Source of the DNA: Eledone cirrhosa | Lineage: Eukaryota | Length of the DNA stretch: 64,000 bases | NCBI GenBank assembly: GCA_964016885.1 | Contig: OZ024750.1 | Coordinates: forward strand, 930,001 to 994,000 | Direction of reading: 5' to 3' | Part shown: positions 30,031 to 44,400 of the stretch, one piece after another | Position numbering within the stretch: position 1 is the first letter of the stretch | Layout: each line of letters starts with the position of its first letter | Made by a program: the position numbers and the translations under genes | Notes under the pieces: model-generated | What the model saw: only the letters and a program-made list of their open reading frames with translations | What the model was told of the DNA's origin: nothing | Databases searched by the model: none

Positions 30031-31726
30031 CAGGTCAACCTCGATTGCGTTGACAAGTCTTCCTTTGGTGACTGTTCACTTCTCTCTCCAGAAATAGTGT
30101 TTTTATGACGGTAGGCTTTGCCTTGAGTGGGACTTGGCTGTTATTTCTAGTATGCCGAGTAAATACACAGATACTCCCTCGTTGGTTCGTCTTGTGTATG
30201 TATAGATTTCGTTTGCATTGATTAACTAAAATGCACAATCTTTTAATTATAGAGTGCTCAACTAATCGGGCTGGAAAGCTTTCCAGCCCAATCTTTTAAT
30301 TATACAACTTACTTATACGGTTTCGTAGTTTTAAGGGTGATGGTGTCTAATAACTGGCTGAAGATTGATTAAAGAAAGGTGGAAGGATGAAAGAGATACA
30401 CTGGTATACTGATTTAATATTACACTTTAAGGATTCTATGTTGACATGAAGAAGGAAGCATCGAGCAAATTGGTGAAACTTTCTGACAACGTGTAGAGCC
30501 AAAAATCACAAAACTGAGAAAGTTAAGTAGTTCATGGTAATATATTGGTTGAGAGAAGGTGGAGACAACATTATATGTCAAAATTGGTTTGGTGGTGTCA
30601 AATCAAAAGAAATGTTTTCGGAGCGGAAATGACTGAGGTATTACACCATGGACTGGATATATATGTTAGACAAGGGTCGGCTGAAAACTTCATGGCCTGA
30701 CTAAGATATTCTCATGGAATGACTAAATAAAATGAACTAAGGAAAATAACTCAAGTGGCTCAATGACACGAAGTTGGATGAATAATCTAAGAGGTGATGT
30801 ACTGAATGACCTCTGCATGACTAATTAAAATTTTCCTCTTGGAGAAACAAAATAAAAATCTCGTGGTAATTGTTGCAACTGTCAAGAAAAAGGGAGTTAA
30901 TTTTAAGATATTATGAATAAGTGTCACAAAAATAAGTTACACGTTTGGGGGGATATCTGAACTTTGTTGGAAAAAGGGGAAAGCCCTGGGCATGTTTTGG
31001 TATTATTGAACTTCATCAGTATTTTATAATCTACTCAAACCTCACGACAGCAATTTTTTTACATATAGAAAAAAAGTTAAAATTTCTATAATTTAAAATG
31101 CAAAGAGTGACATGAAATAACACAAGTGAACTAATGGCATTTCCTTGATTCACGTAAATTAATTTTGTGAAATTAATTCGTTATTTCTTAAAATTACCTT
31201 CCCTTTACTTTGAGAGTTGCTAACAAATTATTATGTTCTTTGTTCTCTTGCTCAAACTAACGTAAAAAGGAAAATCCAATTTCAGAATTTTTGTGTAAGA
31301 CTTTCAGTACAAAATTCTTTAAGTTAAAATCATAAATAACAAACGGTTAACTAAACCTCGACTTTAATTCAAAATATTAATTTCCTCTTTTTTATTCATA
31401 ATATCATCTTTCATGAGAAAAAGAAATAGAAATTAAATTAATATGTCCTTGATGCTTCTCAGTTCAAGAAAGTTCGTTTCATATTGTATTCTTGGAATTT
31501 ATTGCTACCACCCGCCACCCGTTTTATTATATCAGAGCACGGCACCCTATAATTGCTATTTAAAACAGGATAACATTCCTACAGAGATGTAGGCATTAAA
31601 CGAGAGAACGTTTCTTTTCTTATTTGTTTCTTCGTATTAAACATCATAAATTTTACATTTCGCATTTAGTTATTCAATACAAAAGCAATTCCAATGTATA
31701 TATCATACAATGTTTGGCTGGGTAGT

Positions 31727-31780
<54 letters not shown>

Positions 31781-31867
31781 GTGTGTGTGTGTGCGTGTGA
31801 GTATATATGTAAATATATGTGTGTGTATATATGTATATATATATATATGTGTATATATATATGTACG

Positions 31868-31907
<40 letters not shown>

Positions 31908-32050
31908 CATATAAACACAGAGCTGGCATATCTAAGAACTGACTAACTGCCTGATGAGGTCATAGCCATTCAATGGCTATCAATCATAGAAATATATATA
32001 GCAGTAAATAAAGGATTATGAGTTCATGCAATTGACTTATGTTTCGTCAC

Positions 32051-32114
<64 letters not shown>

Positions 32115-32253
32115 GTGACGAAACATAAGTCAATTGCATGAACTCATAATCCTTAATTTACTGCTATATATATTTCGATGAGAGCCATTGAATGGCTATG
32201 ACCTCATCAGGCAGTTAGTCAGTTCTTAGATATGCCAGCTCTGTGTTTATATG
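31908..32253. mobile_element. Convergent (tail-to-tail) fold-back element with (TA)n spacer, hammerhead in each arm
   Basis: Arms 31908-32058 and 32107-32253 are reverse complements with a small indel in stem II, embedded in TA-rich microsatellite. Confidence 0.8.
31946..32005 (+). ncRNA. Minimal type-I hammerhead ribozyme (second copy 32160-32215 on - strand)
   Basis: ACTGC-CTGATGA-[stem II containing ATAGCCAT/ATGGCTAT]-GAAA-TATATA-TA-GCAGT, followed by AATAAA. Confidence 0.8.
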
Positions 32254-32282
<29 letters not shown>

Positions 32283-32284
<2 letters not shown>

Positions 32285-32784
32285 TTCGTTTCTGAATTTG
32301 TTTAGCAAGATTCTTTATCTGAAAACGTGTGTTGAAACCGATATTGTTATACTTTGGGAGGGTCATGTTGCCAATAAGAAACACACGCACCAGTTGCTTT
32401 CACTTCAATTTATTATAATAAATTTATAAATTTAGGAATTTATAAATTTCCGGTTGGTTGGTTGGGTCCACAACCAGATGATTGTTTATATATTGTCAAA
32501 GTTCTTTCGTCACACATTCTGTGACCTCTTCAGTGACTGGGGATTCTTTTCTTTGTTTTTGTGCCTCTCCGTTGTTCTGTCCTACGCTATCTTGTTTTTG
32601 TGTGTGTGTCACAGAATGTGTGACGAAAGAACTTTGACAATATATAAACAATCATCTGGTTGTGGACCCAACCAACCAACCGGAAATTTATAAATTCCTA
32701 AATTTATAAATTTATTATAATAAATTGAAGTGAAAGCAACTGGTGCGTGTGTTTCTTATTGGCAACATGACCCTCCCAAAGTAT

Positions 32785-32792
<8 letters not shown>
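32283..32792 (-). mobile_element. Fold-back element with 185-bp arms and a hammerhead on the - strand
   Basis: Arms 32341-32525 and 32608-32792, 82-nt spacer, about 58-nt tail 32283-32340, (TA)n flanks. Confidence 0.8.
32495..32537 (-). ncRNA. Compact hammerhead ribozyme motif (slightly degenerate)
   Basis: Minus strand: GTCA-CTGAAGA-G-GTCACA-GAATG-TGTGAC-GAAA-GAAC-TT-TGAC. Stem I 4 bp, stem II 6 bp. One extra G after the core, and stem III is one change away from the palindrome AGATCT. Confidence 0.6.
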
Positions 32793-32831
<39 letters not shown>

Positions 32832-32985
32832 CTAATGTATTATTGGATTTATGCTCCTAAAAATATTTTAATTTAGTAGAGCTGACTTAAGGACCTAATG
32901 ATGAGTTATTTTAGAATTCCTGTTGATCAGGGTATTTGTCAGACAATACGATCGATATTTTCTGTATTGATCTAAATTATTATTT

Positions 32986-33069
<84 letters not shown>

Positions 33070-35947
33070 GTATATTTATATATATATATAAATATATAAA
33101 TAAGCTTTCCTGATGATTTTTTCCGAATGAAACAGTTCTACTTCCGTAGAAGGCATTTATATATTAAACTTGAAGTTTACACTCTAATAATGTATTGAGT
33201 ACCTTACTAATTGTGGTTACCCCCGATTAACCCGGGATTCTCTCTCTCTCTCTCTCACACACGCACACATATATATCGGTCAACTCACTGTCCTTAATAC
33301 CACCAACTAATATTACAGTTGATGTGAAGTCATAATGGTTATAAAAGATGAAGGGCGGTGAGAGGGTATCCCTATCTTTTGACATGTATTGTGTTCTGCC
33401 AGACATTTAGAAGTAGAACGAGTAAAATGAATCAGTGGTAAAGATCAACTGGAAATTGATCAAAAGTTTGATGGGTTGCGATACTTAGATCGAATTCTCT
33501 CACATGAAAATGAATGAATAAAAATAGATATTGGCTTTGACTTAATAATATTTGTTGGAAATCTTGGTAAGTACTCCAGAACAAGAGGCTAGTAACTGGC
33601 GAGTTGAAACTTCGATGCTGTTGCAATCCCCGATATAAACCACTTCATTTTATTTCCATCATTAATGCTTTTACAAAAGTTGTGGTCGTCATCATTTTTT
33701 TTGTTTTTATTTCTCTTTCCCTACCAGAGAGGATCTTAATGTCTTGTAAAGAGGAAATCAATAATTATCGGAAAATTTGATATTACCTTTTTATATTTCT
33801 ACATTTAGGGAAAAGGAATTTCGGATGTTCACATCTAGCTCAAGGATACTAAAAGAGAAGTTGGAGTGCAATGGTTTCCATTGAAAATCGAAACAGCTTT
33901 ACGTAATGATATTGCGAGAGATTTTTATCCATTTTCTCTGCGCCATTCACCAGGAGAACTTAATATTAAATGACCTTTAATGCAAAATTGATTTCGTTTG
34001 ACTAAGCTTTCGATTTTCAGGGGAAGAAAATGGAATGTTGAGGCCGTTACGTTCCTTCCAGTGATATTAATGGCATAAATAATGGGAAATGACTTGAAAT
34101 CAGGAATAAACCTACCCCTTACATTATGTGTTTAATCACAGAAACAGGTAAACTATATAGTTTCTTTTTGTTTAGGCACAAAAGTATAATCTTTATTTTT
34201 GGGGTTGGAGTGGGGAATGGAAACTTGTAATGTTCAAACCTTTTCAAAGAAGTGTAACTAAAGTAAAATTATGGAACTGCTGAAACTGAGAATAGGTGTC
34301 AGTTTCGAACTCCTAGGAGTTTATCTCTTGATTTACGGTAGTACTTGATATTGCAACGTATTGACGTTTATGATACGAGAGTAGACTGAAAAGTTCATAG
34401 TCTGACTATGAAGGAGTGATGATAGAGCTGTGAAATCTTGTATGTATTAATTTGAAATAATCTTATTAATAATTGCATTGTCTCTTTCAAGTGACTATGT
34501 TGAAAAATAAACCTCATTTGGTCATGAGAGTATCTGAACTTTTCAGGAGACCCAGGTATGTAAAATAAACTACATCTCCTAACGGAGTCAAGAGACATTT
34601 CAAGCTGTAGAGTAAATTCATAAATGCAGATAATTAGAATATTGAATTGCCACCAGAAAAATATCTTCTTTCCTTTTTCGAAGCTCCTCGTTCACAATCT
34701 GTCACCGAAAGAGATTTTCCTTTTCATAAACTGTCAACCAAAGACACTGAAAACATTGTTATTTCCTCTCCCTTCTTTCCACTCACATTTTCGTTAAACC
34801 ACAATTAACCAAACATTTCTAATCCACAGCCATCTTGCTTCCACATTCTTCTTCCCAGTTCCCTCTAGCTTTGCCATTAAAAATCCTAGTAATAATATTG
34901 CTTTAAAAATTCATTAAAACCCCGTTGATTATAATTAAATAAATTGGTGAAATATAAAAAAAAATAATTCACAATTTATTTTTAAAAATTCAGTTAATTA
35001 AAAAAAAAAGTTTAATTGATTAAAATTGATAAACTTTATCTCATAATACAACCTTCTCAAAGTCTGATATAACAGCCAATATCTTCAAACTGATATCAAC
35101 CTAAGATATCGTAGGTAAGAGCTATAGCATTATACAGTAAATTCTCACTGTGATTTGTAGATGAAATATATTGTGCTACACCACAATCAAATATAAAGGA
35201 CCGTGTCTCATTTTTGATTTTTACGGTTTTCAAGACCAATTATTCGATATTATGATCCAATATGTCAAAGAAACTAGTTCGTTGTTAATTCACCACCATA
35301 AGTAGTTCATCAATTCTGGCGATTGTCCTTAAATGGATAGGATGTATGGTCCCGTAAGTCGTCGTAGAGATGCCGTATTAATATACAGCGTTTCTAAGGC
35401 ATTTTAAAACTTGGCGGAGCCCATCCCTTTCCAGGTTCGAATACAGCAGATTTCTTCAAGAGAAGGATAGAGAGTGAACGAATAGAAGTGAGGAAGAGAC
35501 CCAGAGCAAGAATCGGCCCAGTACTAGACAAGTACCTTTTTCTCGACCTAGAATGGATGAAAGGCAAAGTTAACCCCAGCAGGGTTTGAATTCAGGGAGC
35601 AGAGAGCCAAAACAAATACCGCAAAGCATTCTCTCCAACGTTCTAACGATTCTACCAATTCACTGCCAATTGTCCTTATATAGAAATGTCTAAATTCCAA
35701 GTTGTTCGTCAGCCAACGAAATATGACGGTTTTAAACAGATTAAATATCTGTTGGAACTTTAAATGTCTATGGAGGTTATTTACAGATAACTTACAAAGA
35801 AACCTTAACGACAATGCAGAAATATTTCGCCAGCTTTAATAAATTAATTATTATATATGCGTTTAAAAGTTGTAAACAAGCAATCTTTAGATATCTTGTA
35901 ATTATCGTATAAAACTATTCTCTCTTCTTCCATCTACTCTCTCTCTC

Positions 35948-36031
<84 letters not shown>

Positions 36032-36149
36032 AATATATATGTATATATATATTTATATATATATATATATATTTGTATATATATATATATACATATATGT
36101 GTATATATATATATACATATATGTGTATATATATACATATACATATATG

Positions 36150-36792
<643 letters not shown>

Positions 36793-37009
36793 AAAGAAGT
36801 AATTTTTTAATTCGAATTATGAGCAATTTGGAAAACTAACAATAATATCCGCTATAAATGTTACGATGAAAGAGAACCTGTTCATAGAAGTGGCTTACAA
36901 AAGCCAGACACAGGAAACTAATTAAGACGTTAATCCTCACATTCTACAAACTAATTAACCAAAACTAATATAGAAGCGCAGGAGATACATTAAACACTAA
37001 ATTACAAAG

Positions 37010-37073
<64 letters not shown>

Positions 37074-37113
37074 TGTAAATGTTGTTTTTGTATCTCTGTG
37101 CTTCTCATTTTTT

Positions 37114-37178
<65 letters not shown>

Positions 37179-38167
37179 GTATATATATATATATACATAC
37201 ATATATATACGTATATGTGTTTATTATGCAATAAGCACGCGGTAGGTAGAAAACATAGATACAGAGTTAGGAGGTAAACGTGTAACAATGAACAATAATA
37301 GTTGTTCAATATTGTCATAATTGTAGTCTGTAAGAAACACACCTTACTGTCGAAATGTTACAATACTAGTAACTTGATTATCTACTTCTTGTTTTTATGA
37401 TAAACTACGTAAACAATTGTGAAGCAGAACATGCAAAAGACTTTATATGACAATGACAATATCAAAGACAGAATTCACTTTAATTAAGTTGAAGTTTTAA
37501 CCTTCTGAAGAAATAAATGTATAGTTTATGTATTGATCTCATGATAACGAAACTATCAATATTTATATCAATCCTAGCAACAAGCTGAATGTAATTATCA
37601 ACTATTGTAATAGAACAGTAGTACATATGCACTATAGGACGGAGAATTGGTAAAATCGTTAGAAACGTTCGATAAGATGTTTTGCTGTTATTCGTTCCGG
37701 CTCTTTGCGTTTCTTTGAGTTCAAATCCCACCGAGGTCAACTTTAGCTTTCATTCTTTCGAGATCAATCGGTCGAGCCCGTAGCAGTAGAGACCTCTGGT
37801 ATCCTTGGTTCTAGGGTCACCTCTCTATTCACCATAATCAGAACAGAGTTGGTTACACGCGGGTGTGAGCCTCGAGATCTGGAATGGTTCTTGTTGACCT
37901 CGGCAGGATTTGAACTTAGGACGTAGATGAACGTAAATAAAAACTGCAGGAAAATTACCGATATTTTAACGATTCTTATACATTTAGAAGGATTCGCAAA
38001 CACTGGTGCTGAAGTTTAGTGTCTGTGGTACTAAACAGATAACAAATCAATAGTCCATGTAAGACAACCTTCTCAGAAGACTTGCTACCAAATTTCTACG
38101 TAGGTTAATTAAAACAAAAATTAATTAATAAAAGGAATCAGTATATTGCTCTACGTCACATTGAGCG

Positions 38168-38211
<44 letters not shown>

Positions 38212-38691
38212 TTCCAATTGAAGTCTCAGTGGTCCTATATCGTGTCTATTCTGTTATTATTTATTTATATCTTATTAACGGGGAAAAGATGCGCCACGAC
38301 CTTTTGTGGAGCGTCCGGGACTGGAAAATCAGAAGAAGCTACGACACATGGGCTGCTTGCAATGTAAAACCAGTAGATTTTAATCTCCTTTGACCGGAGA
38401 CCTGCTGTGAATATTTGCAACAGAATGGGCCTCGCTAAAAGCTCCTAAAGGTCAGATGGTGGTGGTGGTGGTGGTGGTGGTGGTGGTGTCAAAGCTAGAA
38501 GTGGGGTAGGTAGATTACCCACCTAAGAACAGCTGCAAGTCAAACCAGTCACTCTCTCTCTCTCTCTCTGTCTTTTAACAGACCAGGCCTCCGATTTTTG
38601 GATAGCTTTCTTTGCCCTTCCACCAATATAGACGTACTAGAACCACGCGTGTATATACATGTATGTTTATAAATTTCTCTCTCTCTCTCCC

Positions 38692-38788
<97 letters not shown>

Positions 38789-38921
38789 ATGAAACAATTG
38801 TTTATACTCTAAATAAAACCCTTTTAGTACATCCGACCATGTTATTCTTCACTCTTTCACTACTATATATACACACACACACGCACACACACACACACAC
38901 ACACGCACACACACACACACA

Positions 38922-39005
<84 letters not shown>

Positions 39006-39828
39006 AGCTTTCTTTGCTCCTCCCCAACAGTTTTGGACGTACTGAAAAGGGTCATGGATACAGCCCTTCTCTCCCTAATTAATGGCTAACAACAACAACA
39101 ACGCTCGTCCATTTACATTGAAAGTAGATCAGTAAAGGATAAAAAACATAAAAGAAAAGATAACAAAAACCTAATTGTCCTGCGTTTGTCATTTGTAAGG
39201 ATGGAACATAAACGACACTGAGATATTGTTCTGTACTTAATTTATAGCCCAACGTTAAATATACAACAGTTTATATAAGCTGGGATATATTTGAATTGTT
39301 GAAAATATAGGCCAGGAAGCTCACCAACAGTTCCTAATAGTGACACGGTTCAACATATCCATCAACACCTATAACTACCTATTCATATATATATATATAC
39401 ATAGTGTATATACATAGTTTATATACATACGTACATACATACATTTATACATTTATACATACATACATACATTTATACATTTATACATACAAACACACAT
39501 ACATTTATACATACACACACACATACATATGAATCTGTATATGTATATATATAAACATAAATTATCGAGATTCGCATTTCGGCCCACGAAATAACGAAAA
39601 ACAACCCCCGAGATGTGAGGCAAGTGCTCAATGGTTCAGATGAACCAGAGCTATAATAAACGTTAAACGCCAAACACACTGAGACGATGGTTAAACAATC
39701 ATTCGCATAGCCAAAAAAACGATCAAGTAATTCGGGTATTGAAAATTTACCCGGACCCCTGGAAGGCTGGTAAAATCCAGTATTTGGGTTTCTGCGGCTC
39801 CTAAATCAAGTACCGTCCGCTTACATAA

Positions 39829-39864
<36 letters not shown>

Positions 39865-39918
39865 TGTTTCTACTTTAGGCACAAGGCCAGCAATTACCCA
39901 ATGTATTACTGGTACTTT

Positions 39919-40944
39919 AATAATAATAATAATGCTTTCTTTCTTTATTAACCACAAGGGTTTACATAAAGTAGACATTAAGAACAGTGCAGGACAATAC
40001 AGGACGGTACAAATGGGCATTTCTGCGTGTAAAAAAACAAAAACAGAGGATGTAACAAAAAAATAACAATGAAAAATTCCCCAATAGGGGGAGACTTCGG
40101 AGGGACATTTGTGGAGAAAGCCCATTAAAAGGCCACAGTGACCCTGACGACCAGGGCAAGTGCCCTCTCCCAGTTTTCCACCTTTAATTTACAGACACAT
40201 ATTCAGAGTAGGCCCATTCACTCGGGTCATTCTTGCTTCTCTCACCCATCTTTCAACAAAATTCTGGGAAGAGAGCACTTCCTTCTCTACCCTGATTTTC
40301 CTTTTCAAATGAAATTTGAAAAAGTCAATCAGGGCATCACAGAAGAGGTAAGTGCTCGTCTTCAGCCCTTTCAAACGTGTCCACCATACTATCTCTTTCG
40401 CCATGGCCACCAGACAGATAAAAACTGCCTGCCCTTCCCGGCTAAAGGAAGAGGGCGGGGCAATCCTCACGATGGACTCAGCTGATAGCCAGATTCGTCC
40501 TACACGCGACAGCAGGTGTTCGACATAAACCCACAAGTCAGCAATTCTCGGACACTGGACGAGTGCGTGCAGGACGGTTTCATCGCCCTGCGCGCATCGC
40601 GGACATGCCCGGCTGACGGCACCTCCATGCCTGTAGAGTTTATCCCGAACTGGCAAGGCTCCTCGGTAGCTCTGCCAGGCCAGGGATTTCTGGAAGTTGT
40701 CCATAGGCCCCGGCCCGAAAGTTCTTCCGAAGAGATTGGCTAGATGATTTTCGTCGAGGCCTAGAGTTTCCCCAAGTACGTCGTCGCTCTTACCCTGCAC
40801 TAATCCTCTATAGAACGCCGAGGTAGAGTTTCCACCGATCACATTGCCCGATTGGTCGAGGGCTGTGAGCGCCTGAAGACATTCCAGTCTCCAAGCGCTC
40901 CCCCTCGGTCTTCGCTTGACCCAGGACTGCAGCTCCGTCAAGGA
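39919..40944 (-). mobile_element. 5'-truncated L1/Tx1-clade LINE: ORF2 C-terminus with zf-RVT (CCHC), 3' UTR and (ATT)n tail
   Basis: ORF 40189-40944 contains RGALPVRDKL...CPRCAQGDETVLHALVQCPRIADLW (C-x2-C-x8-H-x4-C) and is GC-richer than the flanks. AATAAA and an ATT tail lie near 39919-39955. The track ORF's apparent N-terminus comes from the adjacent SINE. Confidence 0.85.
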
Positions 40945-41146
40945 AATAATAATAATAATAATTGTTTCTACTTTAGGCACAAGGCCAGCAATTACCCAGT
41001 GCATTACTGGTACTTTATTTTATCGACCCCGTAAGGATGAAAGGCAAAGTCAACCTCGTCGGGATTTGAACTCAGATCGTAAAGGGACGTAACTATGCTG
41101 GAAACATGGCGTCCGACCCTCTACCGATACTGCCAATCCATCGCCC
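40945..41146 (-). mobile_element. Full-length SINE family A copy directly upstream of the LINE fragment
   Basis: Complete A box, B box, core and ATT tail on the minus strand. Confidence 0.85.
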
Positions 41147-41360
41147 AATAATAGTTTCTACTTTTGGCACAAGGCTAGCAATTATCCGTCTGCAGTAAAC
41201 TAACTGTATGCACTCTGAACAGTTGATTGCAGCTGCATAACTGCAATTCGCCAGATTCATTGTGAGAGCTAGATGATGGATGTATTTATACCAGCGACGT
41301 TTGTTACTTGTGTTATATATATAAGCCTCTCTCTGCTTCCTCCTCGCCTACGATACTTAC

Positions 41361-41505
41361 AGCCCTTGCCATTCTGAGTTCAAATCCCGCCGAGGTTAAC
41401 TTTGCCTTTCATCCTTACGCGGTCGATAAAATAAAGTACCAGTAATACACTGGGATAATTGCTAGCCTTGTGCCAAAAGTAGAAACAATTATTATTATTA
41501 TTATT

Positions 41506-41510
<5 letters not shown>
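41361..41510 (+). mobile_element. 5'-truncated SINE family A copy
   Basis: B box, core and (ATT)n tail. Confidence 0.8.
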
Positions 41511-41570
<60 letters not shown>

Positions 41571-41575
<5 letters not shown>

Positions 41576-41676
41576 GTTGTATCCCCCCCAAATGTATACA
41601 CACTTCAACAGCATTCTAATAAATATTGCCTGTACAGGTAATCAAAGTGTGTATACATTTTGGGGGACACCCTGTA
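41571..41676. mobile_element. About 100-bp Tc1-like MITE; copies at 9791-9874 and 58164-58253
   Basis: TA-CAGG(G/T)TGT..CCCCCAAATGTATACACACTT / AAGTGTGTATACATTTTGGGGGACACCCTG-TA inverted termini. Confidence 0.75.
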
Positions 41677-42238
41677 TATATTAGTATAAAGGTTTATGTC
41701 CTCAAATGTATAGATACTATAAAATATCTCATAAAATAAGGTGAAGACACTTAAAAGACGGAAAAAGAAGTTGCCATTGGTGACAATATATATCTTCATA
41801 CATGTTTAGTTTACACAGAAAGAAAGTAGAAAGTTAGAGAAGAAATATTTCCACCTGAAGTTATTAAAGCCGCGAACTTCACTCTTCAGGAATATAGTGA
41901 CCAACAGACAATGGACAAACTTTTCTAAAGCCCTCCAGCCAGTGGGATAAACCCAGTCAATGGATTATCTTTTGTTTTGTTGTTTTTATCATCAGAAGTA
42001 CCTATAAAGCTCTACTACTCCACTTATTCCATCCTACTATTGGTGTTGTTGTTATCCTCTTTATAATGACTGCAATAACATTCTCAGATACGTACAAATA
42101 CTTCAAGCTAGCGATCTTCCTGGATATACCCTCCCCCACACGACACAGACTCACGTACATGTATATGTATATATATATATATATGTATATGTATGTGTGT
42201 TTGTGTACATATATATTGATATATATTTATGTATATGA

Positions 42239-42320
<82 letters not shown>

Positions 42321-42363
42321 CTGTATATATATATATATATGTATCTGTATATATATATATGTA

Positions 42364-42447
<84 letters not shown>

Positions 42448-42817
42448 TATATTTGTATGTATGTATGGATGTGTGTGTATGTGTGGTATATAGTTTCTGT
42501 GTGCGTGCGAGTTATTTTATTACGGAAGTATGGGCTATTTATTGTTGGTGTGCCATAGAAGATACTGTGAGTGTGTGTGTGTGTCCACGTACACACAGAC
42601 ATACACATATACACACACATGCAGACACTCATACAGACACACATGTACACACACACAGATACAGACACAAAAACACATATACATACACACATGTACACAC
42701 TGACACAAACACCGACAAACCTCCTTCTAAAATGTTCCAACAATGAAACCCTGCTTCCGTAAATATTGCAATAACTAGAAAATGTCAACTACATCACATG
42801 CTAGTATTTCGTTTATA

Positions 42818-43909
42818 GCTCTATAGCCAGTACTATTATATATAGAGGCTCTATAGCCAGTACTATTATATATAGAGGCTCTATAGCCAGTACTATTATA
42901 TATAGAGGCTCTATAGTCAGTACTATTATATATAGAGGCTCTATAGTCAGTACTATTATATATAGAGGCTCTATAGCCAGTACTATTATATATAGAGGCT
43001 CTATAGCCAGTACTATTATATATAGAGGCTCTATAGCCAGTACTATTATATATAGAGCCTCTATAGCCAGTACTATTATATATAGAGGCTCTATAGCCAG
43101 TACTATTATATATAGAGGCTCTATAGTCAGTACTATTATATATAGAGGCTCTATAGTCAGTACTATTATATATAGAGGCTCTATAGCCAGTACTATTATA
43201 TATAGAGGTTCTATAGTCAGTACTATTATATATAGAGGCTCTATAGTCAGTACTATTATATATAGAGGCTCTATAGTCAGTACTATTATATATAGAGGCT
43301 CTATAGCCAGTACTATTATATATAGAGGCTCTATAGCCAGTACTATTATATATAGAGGCTCTATAGCCAGTACTATTATATATAGAAGCTCTATGGTCAG
43401 TACTATTATATATAGAGGCTCTATAGTCAGTACTATTATATATAGAGGCTCTATAGTCAGTACTATTATATATAGAGGCTCTATAGTCAGTACTATTATA
43501 TATAGAGGCTCTATAGCCAGTACTATTATATATAGAGGCTCTATAGCCAGTACTATTATATATAGAGGCTCTATAGTCAGTACTATTATATATAGAGGCT
43601 CTATAGTCAGTACTATTATATATAGAGGCTCTATAGTCAGTACTATTATATATAGAGGCTCTATAGTCAGTACTATTATATATAGAGGCTCTATAGTCAG
43701 TACTATTATATATAGAGGCTCTATAGTCAGTACTATTATATATAGAGGCTCTATAGTCAGTACTATTATATATAGAGGCTCTATAGTCAGTACTATTATA
43801 TATAGAGGCTCTATAGTCAGTACTATTATATATAGAGGCTCTATAGTCAGTACTATTATATATAGAGGCTCTATAGTCAGTACTATTATATATAGAGGCT
43901 CTATAGTCA
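42818..43909. repeat. 30-bp minisatellite x about 36
   Basis: Unit gctctatagYcagtactattatatatagag. Confidence 0.95.
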
Positions 43910-44064
43910 CATTCATTCATTCACTCTTTCTTTCATAGATTTTAAAAGTAAAAGTAAAAAATAAATAAATAAAATAATAAAAACCCAGGAATTCCACGAG
44001 ATGAGAGGAAGAGAGAGGTGTTGGTAGCATTGATGATGTCGACAACGGGGAATATTACGAGTCT

Positions 44065-44400
44065 AACCACGACCACCACCACCAACATAACAACGACCAC
44101 CACCACCAACATAACAACCACCACCACCACCAACATAACAACCACCACCACCACCAACATAACAACCACCACCACCACCAACATAACAACCACCACCACC
44201 ACCACCACCAACATAACAACCACCACCACCAACATAACAACCACCACCACCACCAACATAACAACCACCACCACCACCAACATAACAACCACCACCACCA
44301 CCAACATAACAACCACCACCACCACCAACATAACAACCACCACCACCACCAACATTACAACCACCACCACCACCACAACCACCACCAACATAACAACGAC
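44065..44400. repeat. ACC-rich tandem repeat (aacataacaaccaccaccaccacc)n
   Basis: About 14 units; gives spurious NITTTTTT and VVVVM ORFs. Confidence 0.85.
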
